This document shows, in pieces, positions 15,232 to 23,977 of a DNA stretch of 41,908 nucleotides (its first letter is position 1; the number at the start of each line of letters is the position of its first letter). The notes below the pieces were generated by a model. The model made no database searches, was not told where the DNA came from, and was given only the letters and a program-made list of their open reading frames with translations. The DNA is from a virus (taxonomy: Duplodnaviria > Caudoviricetes): the IMG/VR virus record IMGVR_UViG_3300048852_000023, positions 1-41,908 of that record. One strand, written 5' to 3'. A program made the position numbers and the translations under genes.

Positions 15232-15443
15232 CCGCAGTCCCCCTCTGGCACGGCTCGCGCAGGTTCCGAGACGGGACCGGGAGCATGACCCTGACCGCCT
15301 ACGCCATCACGGACGGCCTGATCATCACGATGCAGGACCACCGTGGTACCGCGATGCAGACGACGCTGCCGCCGGCCGATGCGCAGCGGCTCGCCGAGCT
15401 GATCCAGGCCGCCTGGCCGCAGGAGACGCCCAATGTCCGCTAA
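15228..15443 (+). CDS. Hypothetical protein
   Basis: GTGA-coupled, GGAG RBS. Confidence 0.5.
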   Translation: MTAVPLWHGSRRFRDGTGSMTLTAYAITDGLIITMQDHRGTAMQTTLPPADAQRLAELIQAAWPQETPNVR

Positions 15444-15894
15444 GCCGCGCGCCCACTCCGACCACGGCGCCGCCGGGCCTGCCATGCTCGCCCGCCCGTC
15501 CCGCACCGTCGAGACCATCGCCGCCGGCGTCACCCGCCGCGAGATGGGCGACAGCTCGCCGCTCGATCACTACCGAACCCACGCCCTGCTCACAGAGCGC
15601 CAATGCGAGGCGCTGGAGGCCCTGGAGCGGCGCTACCGCACCTGGCGCCCACCCGAGCGCGTGACGGGCTCCTACGGCCAACGGCGGGGCTCTGGCGACG
15701 TGTCCGACGATGAGGCGGAGCTGCAGGCCCGGGCGAAGCGGGAATACCACCACCTGCTGATCCAGGCGCCGGCCGGCACGCGGCATGCCATCGCGCTCGT
15801 GGCGAGCTCCGAGTGGCCGACGATGTGCGGGGCCTTGCTCCTGCTACGGCGGGGGTTGGATAAGATCGCGGACCATCTGAAGCTGGCGGAGTGA
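15433..15894 (+). CDS. Putative late-gene activator/antiterminator (DUF6456-like, Q position)
   Basis: SPLD.Y....LLTERQ..A...LLRRGLDKIADH pattern; last early gene before the late promoter. Confidence 0.6.
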   Translation: MSAKPRAHSDHGAAGPAMLARPSRTVETIAAGVTRREMGDSSPLDHYRTHALLTERQCEALEALERRYRTWRPPERVTGSYGQRRGSGDVSDDEAELQARAKREYHHLLIQAPAGTRHAIALVASSEWPTMCGALLLLRRGLDKIADHLKLAE

Positions 15895-16106
15895 TGGGAA
15901 TGAGCACCCGGCAGGAGGCGCGGGCGCTGCCCTACGCCATCAACCCAGTCCTGACATGCCTGCAGAGCACCGCGGGTCTTGTCACGGTCTTCGGTGGGGT
16001 GTGGTCAGCAGCCGACATTTGGTGGGCGTGCGCCGCCGTTGGAGCGTTGATGGTGCTGGACACCAGCCTATCGCGCATCGCGTCAGCAATCCTGGACCAG
16101 AAATGA
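15891..16106 (+). CDS. Small membrane protein
   Basis: Two hydrophobic segments; coupled to the upstream stop. Confidence 0.5.
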   Translation: MMGMSTRQEARALPYAINPVLTCLQSTAGLVTVFGGVWSAADIWWACAAVGALMVLDTSLSRIASAILDQK

Positions 16107-16108
16107 CC

Positions 16109-16178
16109 TTGACACCGGCGGTTGAAATCCCCAAAGTCACCATGCGCCCCCACTGCGTCCAGCGGTTGGGGGCGTTTT
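16109..16178 (+). terminator. Putative late promoter (-35 TTGACA) followed by an intrinsic terminator
   Basis: TTGACA 16109-16114; stem CGCCCCCA 16145-16152 / TGGGGGCG 16167-16174 then TTTT. Confidence 0.55.
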
Positions 16179-16197
16179 GCGTTCTGAGGGCCTGGCG

Positions 16198-16587
16198 GTG
16201 CTGATCGAGGCGGACGACGGGCCGAAGGGCTTCGCTCGTAGCCCTCGGCAGTACGACGGCGGGCTTGGCAATGGCAGCGCGGCCCGGCTGAGGGATGGAT
16301 ACCAGCGGATGAGCCGGCGGGATCTGGCGCGTAAGGGGCAGGTGCTGGCGGTCGAGACCGGCAAGTCGCCGCTGGAGATGGTGCTGGGGCACGCGCGGGG
16401 CGAGGCAGCGCTGCCGAGCTCGCAGCTCCAGGCGGCGATTGCGGCGCTGCCCTACTGCCATCCGAGGCTGGCGCAGGTGCAGCACTCGGGCGGCATCGCC
16501 ATCAACCCCGACAAGGCGACGGATGCGGAACTTGCAGCTATCGCCCTCGCAGGCAGCGGCGCTGCTGCTGAAGCGGAGGGCGATTAG
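16198..16587 (+). CDS. terS: Terminase small subunit
   Basis: SPLEMVL...AAIAALPYCHPRLAQVQHSG...TDAELAAI; directly upstream of terL; start uncertain. Confidence 0.75.
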   Translation: MLIEADDGPKGFARSPRQYDGGLGNGSAARLRDGYQRMSRRDLARKGQVLAVETGKSPLEMVLGHARGEAALPSSQLQAAIAALPYCHPRLAQVQHSGGIAINPDKATDAELAAIALAGSGAAAEAEGD

Positions 16588-17992
16588 GCGCTCTCTGGCG
16601 GAGTGGTGCCGGTACGCGCTGGCTGGGCAGGGCCTGGAGCCGGCGCCGCACCATCTGCTGCTGATCGAACACCTCGAGGCGTTGGCCCGCGGCGAGATTG
16701 ACCGCCTGATGGTGGCCATGCCGCCGGGCAGCGCCAAGAGCACGTACACGAGCGTCCTGTTTCCGGCCTGGTTCTTCGCCCAGAACCCGGGCAAGACGAT
16801 GATCGCGGCGAGTCACACCGCCGAGCTGGCGGAGCGCTTCGGCCGCAAGGTGCGCAACCTTGTCTCCGAGCACAGCGCGGCGCTGGGCTATGGCCTCTCG
16901 GCCGACAGCGCCGCCGCAGGGCGGTGGGAGACGAGCGCCGGGGGCGAGTACTTCGCGGCGGGCGTGGGCGGCTCCATCACGGGCCGGCGCGCCGATCTGG
17001 CGGTGATCGACGACCCGGTGAAGTCCCGCGAGGACGCGGACAGCGCCACGATGCGCGACCGGGCATGGGACTGGTGGCGGGCCGACTTCCTGACCCGCCT
17101 GAAGCCCGGCGGCCGTGTGGCGCTGGTGATGACACGCTGGCACGAGGACGACCTCGGCGGGCGCATCCTGGACGACGCGGCCACTGGTGGGCACCCCTGG
17201 ACGGTGTTGAGCCTGCCGATGGAGGCAGAGCCTGGCGATCCGCTCGGGCGGGCCGCGGGCGAGCCGCTGTGGCCTGAGTGGTTCACGGACACGATGCGGG
17301 CCGAGGCGCGGCGGGACAGCCGTACCTGGGCCGCGCTCTACCAGCAGCGCCCCGCGCCGGACACGGGCAACTATTTCCAGCGTGAATGGCTCCGTCCGGT
17401 GGCAACCGTGCCGCCGAAGGAGAGCCTGCGCATCTACGGCGCCAGCGACTACGCGGTGACGGACGCGGGTGGCGACTACACGGTGCACGTCGTGGTCGGC
17501 ATGGACAGCGACGGGCGGCTCTGGCTGCTGGACCTCTGGCGCGGCCAGACGGACAGCAGCGTGTGGGTCGAGGCCTTCTGCGATCTGGTGCGGGCCTGGC
17601 GACCGATCGGATGGGCCGAGGAGACCGGCCAGATCCGGGCCGGCGTCGGGCCGTTCCTTGAAAGGCGGATGCGTGAGCGACAGGCCTACATCGCACGGCG
17701 TCAGTTCCCCACACGGGGAGACAAGAGCGTCCGCGCTCAATCCATCCGGGGACGCATGGCACTGGACGGTCTGCACATTCCCGCATCCGCCGCCTGGCGA
17801 GCCGATCTTGAAGCCGAGTTGCTATCATTCCCCGCGGGCAAGCATGACGACCAGGTCGATGCGCTCGGCCTCGTGGGTCAGCTGCTGGACGTGATGGTGC
17901 CGGCGGCGCCCCAGCGCCCGCAGGTGCCGCAGCAGCGTGACCGCTGGGCGCGGCGTGACCGCGACGACGCGGACAATTGGAGGGTGGCCTGA
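16523..17992 (+). CDS. terL: Terminase large subunit
   Basis: Walker A MPPGSAKST, VIDDPVK, MTRWHEDDL, nuclease SDYA...GDYT...HDDQVDAL. Confidence 0.95.
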   Translation: MRNLQLSPSQAAALLLKRRAIRRSLAEWCRYALAGQGLEPAPHHLLLIEHLEALARGEIDRLMVAMPPGSAKSTYTSVLFPAWFFAQNPGKTMIAASHTAELAERFGRKVRNLVSEHSAALGYGLSADSAAAGRWETSAGGEYFAAGVGGSITGRRADLAVIDDPVKSREDADSATMRDRAWDWWRADFLTRLKPGGRVALVMTRWHEDDLGGRILDDAATGGHPWTVLSLPMEAEPGDPLGRAAGEPLWPEWFTDTMRAEARRDSRTWAALYQQRPAPDTGNYFQREWLRPVATVPPKESLRIYGASDYAVTDAGGDYTVHVVVGMDSDGRLWLLDLWRGQTDSSVWVEAFCDLVRAWRPIGWAEETGQIRAGVGPFLERRMRERQAYIARRQFPTRGDKSVRAQSIRGRMALDGLHIPASAAWRADLEAELLSFPAGKHDDQVDALGLVGQLLDVMVPAAPQRPQVPQQRDRWARRDRDDADNWRVA

Positions 17993-18234
17993 TGACCGAA
18001 GCAGAGTTCTCAGCCCACGCCAATGCTGTTGCCAAGTCGCTGGGCGCCGACCGCGCGCTGGTAGAGGTGTTCAACTTCGGCCGGTGGCTCGGCATCCGAT
18101 TGGAGCGCGGTCAAGCCGCGTTCGCGCTCGCCGTGGGCGCTGACAGCATGGCCAGATTGTCCAAGCCCGGCGCCCTGGTTGACTTCTTCCGGGCGCACTA
18201 CGGCGCCGTGCTCGGCGCACAAGAGGCCCCATGA
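17992..18234 (+). CDS. Hypothetical protein between terL and portal
   Basis: TGATG and ATGA coupling; GGAGG RBS. Confidence 0.55.
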   Translation: MTEAEFSAHANAVAKSLGADRALVEVFNFGRWLGIRLERGQAAFALAVGADSMARLSKPGALVDFFRAHYGAVLGAQEAP

Positions 18235-20078
18235 CCCCCGCCGCGGACAGCCAGAGCGACTGGCTGGCCACCCTCTGCAGCTACTTCGAGGATGCAGAGG
18301 AAGCGACGGCGGACGCGCGCGCCAAGTCCGAGCTCTGCCGCGACTACTACGACAACAAGCAACTCTCGGCCGCCGAGAAGGCCGCGCTGGAGGCCCGCAA
18401 GCAGCCGGCCGTGACCTTCAACATGATCCGGCCCAAAGTTGACTACATGCAGGGGCTGGAGAAGCAGGCCCGGCAGGACCCGAAGGCCTATCCGCGCACG
18501 CCGAACGAGGAGGGCGGGGCCGAGGCCGCGACCGACGCGATCCGCTACGTGTGCGACGATCAGGAGTTCCCGGCCGTCGCTTCCAGCGTCTGGGAGAACC
18601 TGCTGATCGAGGGCGCCGGCGGCGTGGACGTGTGTGCCGAGCCTGGGCCTGATGGCGAGGTGCGCGTCGTGCTGAAGCGCATGGCCTGGGACCGGATGTT
18701 CTGGGACCCGCACTCGGCGCGGCCGGACTTCTCGGACGCCAAGTACCTTGGCGGCGTGACCTGGCTGGATGAGGACGACATCCTTGCCCGGTGGCCGGAC
18801 GCGGACGAGGCCATCCAGGTCAGCTACGCCACGGGCGCCGGCCAGGGCGACACCTACGACGACCGGCCGAAGTACACCGTCTGGGGCGACGGTAAGCGCA
18901 AGCGCGTGCGGGTGGCGCAGATCTACGTCCGGACCCGCGACGGCTGGATGTTCGCCACCTACACCAAGGGCGGGTTCCTGGACGAGTTCCAGCCGAGCCC
19001 GTACCTGGACGACGATGACCAGCCCGAGTGCTCGCTGATCTTCCAGAGCGCCTACGTCGACCGGGACAACAACCGGTACGGCATGGTCAAGGACCTGATC
19101 GACCCGCAGGACGAGATCAACAAGCGGCACCAGAAGGCGCTGCACCTGCTGAGCGTGCGGCAGGTCATCGCCGAGCAGGGCGCGGTGCGGGACGTGGACG
19201 CGGCGCGGCGCGAGATCGCCAAGCCTGACGGCTACCTCGAGGTGGCGCCCGGCATGCGCTTCGACATCCAGCCGACCGCGGACCTCGCCACCGGCCAGGC
19301 GCAGTTGCTCCAGGAAGCCAAGGCGTTCATGGCCACCATGGGCCCGAACGCCACCATGCAGGGCAAGCAGCAGGGCACGGCGAGCGGCCGGGCCATCGCG
19401 CTGAGCCAGCAGGGCGGCGTGATCGAGGCCGGCACGCTGCTCGACGCCCACCGGTCCTGGAAGAAGCGCGTCTATCGGGCGATCTGGAACCGCATCCGGC
19501 AGTTCTGGACCGCCGAGAAGTGGATCCGCGTCACCGACGACGAGCGCAACCTGCGCTTCGTGGGGCTGAACCAGCCGATCACGCTGGGCATGGAGCTTGA
19601 CAACATGCCGCCCGAGCAGGCGGAGCAGATCGCGGCGCAGATGGGCATCATGCCCGGCGATCCGCGGCTGCAGACGGTGCTGCGCGTCGAGAATGACGTG
19701 AAGGAGCTGACCGTCGACATCGTGGTCGACGAGATGCCAGACGTGGTGACGCTCCAGCAGGAGCAGTTCCAGACGCTGGCGGACCTGGCTAAGGCCGGCG
19801 TGCCGCTGCCGCCGCAGGAGATCATCCGGGCGTCGAGCCTGCGGAACAAGGACCAGATCCTTGAGCGCATGGAGGCCGCGCAGAAGGCGCAGGCCCAGGC
19901 GCAGAGCGGCGGGCCCGACCCGCGCATGGCCGAGGTGGAGCGCAAGGCGCAGCGGGACCAGGCCGAGATCGGGCTTGAGGCGGAGCGCGTGGGGATCGAG
20001 CGCAACCGCGCGACCGCGGACATTCTGAGCCAGGCCGTGCGGGCTTCGCAGCCGATGCAGGTACCCGTTCCCGCATAG
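18231..20078 (+). CDS. Portal protein (P22-like)
   Basis: YYDNKQ...P.VTFNMIRPKVD...FWDPHS..PDFSDAKY...YGMVKDLIDPQDEINKR; C-terminal helical barrel. Confidence 0.92.
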   Translation: MTPAADSQSDWLATLCSYFEDAEEATADARAKSELCRDYYDNKQLSAAEKAALEARKQPAVTFNMIRPKVDYMQGLEKQARQDPKAYPRTPNEEGGAEAATDAIRYVCDDQEFPAVASSVWENLLIEGAGGVDVCAEPGPDGEVRVVLKRMAWDRMFWDPHSARPDFSDAKYLGGVTWLDEDDILARWPDADEAIQVSYATGAGQGDTYDDRPKYTVWGDGKRKRVRVAQIYVRTRDGWMFATYTKGGFLDEFQPSPYLDDDDQPECSLIFQSAYVDRDNNRYGMVKDLIDPQDEINKRHQKALHLLSVRQVIAEQGAVRDVDAARREIAKPDGYLEVAPGMRFDIQPTADLATGQAQLLQEAKAFMATMGPNATMQGKQQGTASGRAIALSQQGGVIEAGTLLDAHRSWKKRVYRAIWNRIRQFWTAEKWIRVTDDERNLRFVGLNQPITLGMELDNMPPEQAEQIAAQMGIMPGDPRLQTVLRVENDVKELTVDIVVDEMPDVVTLQQEQFQTLADLAKAGVPLPPQEIIRASSLRNKDQILERMEAAQKAQAQAQSGGPDPRMAEVERKAQRDQAEIGLEAERVGIERNRATADILSQAVRASQPMQVPVPA

Positions 20079-20116
20079 GGCGGGCGCGGCAGGGAGCCCC
20101 TGCGGGGGCAGCAGAC

Positions 20117-20320
20117 ATGGCAGAGGTTGTAGAATACCGGGTGCGCCCGGTGGTTCGGTACGTCGTGACGCGGTGGCATGAGGTCGGCCCGTACCAAGCT
20201 GGCGTTGAGACCATCGGCGAGTTCGACAACGAGCACACAGCCGAGCGCGTGCGCAAGGCGCTGGAAGGCGAAGACAGCCGCGCAGTCGCAGCGAAGATGA
20301 CGAAGCAGATGCCGGCCTAA
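20117..20320 (+). CDS. Small hypothetical protein (moron-like) between portal and scaffold
   Basis: 67-aa ORF followed by a strong hairpin. Confidence 0.6.
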   Translation: MAEVVEYRVRPVVRYVVTRWHEVGPYQAGVETIGEFDNEHTAERVRKALEGEDSRAVAAKMTKQMPA

Positions 20321-20354
20321 GGGCCGCACTCCCGCTCTGCGGGATCGGTGTTCG

Positions 20355-20390
20355 CGGCAAGGGGCGCCTCCGGGCGCCCTTTGTCGTTTC
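20355..20390 (+). terminator. 14-bp stem with cUCCGg tetraloop and U-rich tail
   Basis: CGGCAAGGGGCGCC-TCCG-GGCGCCCTTTGTCG-TTTC. Confidence 0.7.
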
Positions 20391-20392
20391 AG

Positions 20393-20469
20393 GCCGACGA
20401 CGGGCTAACGGTCGATCCGCTGCCGACTGGCGAACCAGGTCGGGGCCGCCGCCAGGCTTTAACTGGGCG
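20393..20469 (+). ncRNA. Candidate cis-regulatory RNA: three tandem structured repeats in the scaffold leader
   Basis: Units 20393-20414, 20419-20442, 20445-20469 share GCYGMCGMCNGGC...N'GGKCG with compensatory base changes. Confidence 0.6.
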
Positions 20470-20483
20470 AGACAGCGTGGAAC

Positions 20484-21398
20484 ATGAGCGAGCAGGACAA
20501 CGGCGGTGGCTTCGCGCCCCCGACGATCGAGGACGTGTTTGGCCGTCGCGAGACGGCGCCGGAGCCGAAAGCCACGGGTGGGCAGCCCGAGCCGCAGGCA
20601 CCGCCGCCAGCTCCGCCGGAAACGGGCGATAAGCCGCCCGCCGAGCAGAAGCAGGACCGCCCGCGCGACGACGCAGGCCGGTTCGCGCCGAAGCAAGGCG
20701 AGCAGCAGGCCGGGCCGCCGCCGGAGAAGCACGAGCCCCAGAATGCTCCCATCGCCGCGCTGAAGGACGAGCGTGCGAAGAGGCAGCGAGCCGAGGCGGA
20801 GACGACCTACCTCCGCCAGCAGCTCGAAGCGCTGACGCGCCAGCCGCGCCCGGCGCCACAAGCGCCGCCGCAGCAGCCGCAGCAGCAGGCACCGCAGGAC
20901 TTCTGGGCTGACCCCGAGGCCTTCGTGAAGGGCGTGCGCGAGCAGGCCGTGAACGAGGCCGAGGAGCGCATGTTCCAGACGCGCCTGGCGCTGTCCGAGG
21001 CGGTGGCCCGCAAGGAGCCGGATTACGAGGAAGCGGAGCGGGCCCTTGAGGCCTTCGCCGCGACCTCGCCGGACGCCCGTGCGGAAGTCGCGAAGATGCT
21101 CCGCACCCATCCTGCGCCGGCCATGTGGGCCTTGCAGGCGGGGCGGCAGCTCCTCGCGGCGAACCGCTGGACGCCTGTCATGCAGCAGCACAGCGACCCC
21201 GAGGCGTACATCAACGCCGAGGTGGAGCGCAGGCTGCAGGAACGCATGTCGGCCGCTGCCGCACCACAGCCCGCTCCGTCCGCGCCCCCGAACCTGCCCG
21301 TGAGCCTGGCGGGAGCCCGCAACACCGCGCCGCGCAGCGGCCCGGGTTGGGCGGGGCCTCCGTCAACCCAGCAACTCTTTGGGCGCCGACCTCGCTGA
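20484..21398 (+). CDS. Capsid scaffolding protein
   Basis: Pro/Gln-rich N-terminus, PRDDAGRFA, PIAALKDERAKRQ coiled coil, P.SLA tail; immediately before the MCP. Confidence 0.85.
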   Translation: MSEQDNGGGFAPPTIEDVFGRRETAPEPKATGGQPEPQAPPPAPPETGDKPPAEQKQDRPRDDAGRFAPKQGEQQAGPPPEKHEPQNAPIAALKDERAKRQRAEAETTYLRQQLEALTRQPRPAPQAPPQQPQQQAPQDFWADPEAFVKGVREQAVNEAEERMFQTRLALSEAVARKEPDYEEAERALEAFAATSPDARAEVAKMLRTHPAPAMWALQAGRQLLAANRWTPVMQQHSDPEAYINAEVERRLQERMSAAAAPQPAPSAPPNLPVSLAGARNTAPRSGPGWAGPPSTQQLFGRRPR

Positions 21399-21424
21399 GG
21401 CGCGCCCCATAGGGGCATACGGCC

Positions 21425-22510
21425 ATGGCCGACACCTACGCAGCCTCGGGGCTTACCCCGCAGGTCTGGGACAGCAAGTTCTTCGAGGAGTACACCCAGG
21501 AGAGCCTGTTCCGCCCGTACATGGGCACCGGCGAGACCGACATCATCCAGGTCAAGGAAGACCTGACGAAGAAGTCGGGCGACAGCGTCACCTACGCGCT
21601 GGTCAACCGCCTCCGCAACGAGGGCGTCACCGGCAGCAACTCGCTGGAAGGCAACGAGGAGGACCTGTCGTCCCGCTCGTTCCGCCTGTACGTCGACAAG
21701 CTCCGCCACGGCGTGCGTGTGGCCGAGATGGAGGAGCAGCGCTCCGCCATCCCGCTGCGCAACGCGGCCCGCGCGGTGCTGAAGACCTGGGCGATGGAGA
21801 AGCTGCGCAACAACATCATCGATGCGCTGGGCTCCTTCACCACGGATGGCAAGACCTATGCCACGTCGAGCGCCTCCGAGCGCAACACCTGGCTGACCAA
21901 CAACAGCGACCGCGTGCTGTTCGGCGCCGCCATCGCCAACGCCTCGTCCAACGTCTTCGCGACGGCGCTGGCGACGCTGGACACCACCAACGACCGCTTC
22001 ACCGCCGCCGCCGCGCGGCAGATGAAGCGGATCGCGCTGGCCGCCAACCCGAAGGTCGCGCCGATCGAGGTGGGCGAGGCCGGCAAGCGGGCCTATGTGG
22101 TCTTCGTCGGCCCCCGCTGCTTCCGCGACCTGCAGACATCGCTGGAGACGATCAACAAGGACGCCATGCAGCGCGGCATGGACAACCCGCTGATCACCGG
22201 CGCCGACCTGCACTATGACGGCCTCGTCTTCAAGCTGGTGGACGACATCGCCGTCCTGTCCGGCGTCGGCGCCTCCAGCGCGGACGTGGAGCCGGTCTAC
22301 CTCTGCGGCACGCAGGCGGTGGGCCTGGCCTGGGCCAAGCGCACCACCTCGCGGACCGAGGAGTTCGACTACGGCGACAAGTTCGGCGTGGCGATCGAGG
22401 AGATCCGCGGCGTCCGCAAGCTGATGTTCGGCTCGGGCTCCAGCGACACCACCACCCCGAAGGACAACGGCCTCGTGACCGGGTTCTTCGCCGCTCCGGC
22501 CGATGCGTGA
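21425..22510 (+). CDS. Major capsid protein (N4-gp56/DUF4043-like)
   Basis: VW.SKFF.EY...IIQVKEDLTKKSGDSVT..L...GVTG...LEGNEE.L...DYG...G. Confidence 0.92.
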   Translation: MADTYAASGLTPQVWDSKFFEEYTQESLFRPYMGTGETDIIQVKEDLTKKSGDSVTYALVNRLRNEGVTGSNSLEGNEEDLSSRSFRLYVDKLRHGVRVAEMEEQRSAIPLRNAARAVLKTWAMEKLRNNIIDALGSFTTDGKTYATSSASERNTWLTNNSDRVLFGAAIANASSNVFATALATLDTTNDRFTAAAARQMKRIALAANPKVAPIEVGEAGKRAYVVFVGPRCFRDLQTSLETINKDAMQRGMDNPLITGADLHYDGLVFKLVDDIAVLSGVGASSADVEPVYLCGTQAVGLAWAKRTTSRTEEFDYGDKFGVAIEEIRGVRKLMFGSGSSDTTTPKDNGLVTGFFAAPADA

Positions 22511-22526
22511 TCGGAGGACATGACCG

Positions 22527-22970
22527 ATGCCGACCTACAGCCTCACCACCGGCTCGACCGCCAACGCGTTCCGGCCGCTGGCCCAGTACGTGGCCCAGAA
22601 GACCAACGTCATCACCATGGCGACGACGGATCTGGACCTCAACGACACCTTCGACATCTGCCGCCTGCCCAAGGGCGCGCGGGTGCTCGACATCATCCTG
22701 TCCGCGACGGACATGGACACCAACGGCACCCCGACCCTGGTCATCGACGTTGGCGACAGCGGCGACACCGACCGCTTCATCGACGGGGCGACGGTCGGCC
22801 AGGGCGCCGGCACCATCCGTGCGGGCAATGTGGCGGGCTCCGCGGCGACGCTGGCCGCGCATACGGCCTACACGGCCGAGACGCTGATCTACGGCACCAT
22901 CGCCACCGCTGCGGCGACGGCGGCTGCCGGCACGATCACCGTCACGGTCCTCTACGCGGTCGAGTTCTGA
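22527..22970 (+). CDS. Capsid decoration/cement protein
   Basis: Beta-rich, LPKGARVLD...IDVGD; follows the MCP; GGAGG RBS. Confidence 0.75.
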   Translation: MPTYSLTTGSTANAFRPLAQYVAQKTNVITMATTDLDLNDTFDICRLPKGARVLDIILSATDMDTNGTPTLVIDVGDSGDTDRFIDGATVGQGAGTIRAGNVAGSAATLAAHTAYTAETLIYGTIATAAATAAAGTITVTVLYAVEF

Positions 22971-22974
22971 CCCT

Positions 22975-23211
22975 GTGGCCGCGTTCGTGTTCCTCGGCGG
23001 CCCGGAGTGCGGCGTGGACGAGCTGACCTGGCTCGGCGTCCGCTTCCGGGTGGGCGTGCCGGCGGAGGTGGCAGACGCCGCCTTTGCCGAGGCGCTCCGG
23101 CGCAACCGCTTCTTCTCCGAGGTGCACGACGAACCGGCGGGGGCTGTCACGGCCCCCGTCTCCTCCCCCGATGTGGAGCCGAAGCGCCGTGGCCGCACCC
23201 GCCGGGTTTGA
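22975..23211 (+). CDS. Hypothetical head-region protein
   Basis: WLGVRF..G.P.EV.D...RNRFF...PKRRGR tail typical of this position. Confidence 0.65.
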   Translation: MAAFVFLGGPECGVDELTWLGVRFRVGVPAEVADAAFAEALRRNRFFSEVHDEPAGAVTAPVSSPDVEPKRRGRTRRV

Positions 23212-23977
23212 CATCCGCACGGCGAGCGCGTCGGTTTCCGCCGCGCCGACCGTCGGCGCCACCTACTGCTCCATCACCATGCCGGCGCGGTCCGTGATCG
23301 GCGTGGTGGAGGTGCTGTCCGACCAGCTCGACAGCGCCACCGCCGGGACCATCACCTTCGACGCAGGCGATGCGGCCGATGCGGACCGATACGCCGCCGA
23401 CGTGGTGGTGGCCCGCGAGGCCGGGACCGAGACGGTCGAGATCGAGCCCGAGGACTTTCACCGCTACAGCACCGCGACTGCGGTCAGGCTGACCTGCACG
23501 GCCGCGGCCACGACCTTCGCGGCCGGCGCGATCACGCTGACGCTCTACGGCTACCAGGCGGCGGACTGGGCCACCCTGCGCGCCATGGTGCTGCGGGAGC
23601 TCGGCGTGCTGGCCGAGGGCGAGACGGCGCGCGCCGCCGATGACGTGCTGGTGCGGGATGCGCTGGCCGAGGTGCACGAGACGCTGCGGGGCAAGGGCCT
23701 CGCGAATCGGCAGGACCTGGAGTGGCCGGTGGAGCTGGTGCCGCTGTTCGCGGCGCGGCCCTACGCGGTGATGGGCGCGCGGCTGCTGGCGCCGACCTTC
23801 GGCCTGCCGGCGGCGCGGATCCCGCTGATCGAGGCTCGGGCGAACGAGGCAGAGCGCGAGATGCGCCGCCAGACGCGCACGCCGACCGCGGGCGGGCCGG
23901 TGAGCCTGGAGCCGTACCTGGAAGACGAGACGCTGACGCTCGACGAGGGCGACACGGACGAGGAGGCGCTGGCGTGA
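23189..23977 (+). CDS. Decoration-like domain fused to a P22 gp4-type head-tail adaptor
   Basis: N-half parallels 22527-22970; C-half VLRELGVLAEGE.A.A.D...LAPTFG is adaptor-like; GTG start with GGAG. Confidence 0.65.
   Translation: MAAPAGFDIRTASASVSAAPTVGATYCSITMPARSVIGVVEVLSDQLDSATAGTITFDAGDAADADRYAADVVVAREAGTETVEIEPEDFHRYSTATAVRLTCTAAATTFAAGAITLTLYGYQAADWATLRAMVLRELGVLAEGETARAADDVLVRDALAEVHETLRGKGLANRQDLEWPVELVPLFAARPYAVMGARLLAPTFGLPAARIPLIEARANEAEREMRRQTRTPTAGGPVSLEPYLEDETLTLDEGDTDEEALA

Noticed and set aside
23203-23211. GGGTTT slippery site joining 22975-23211 to the adaptor gene
   Set aside because: Not in the X XXY YYZ phase of the upstream frame, and the downstream gene has its own SD and GTG at 23189
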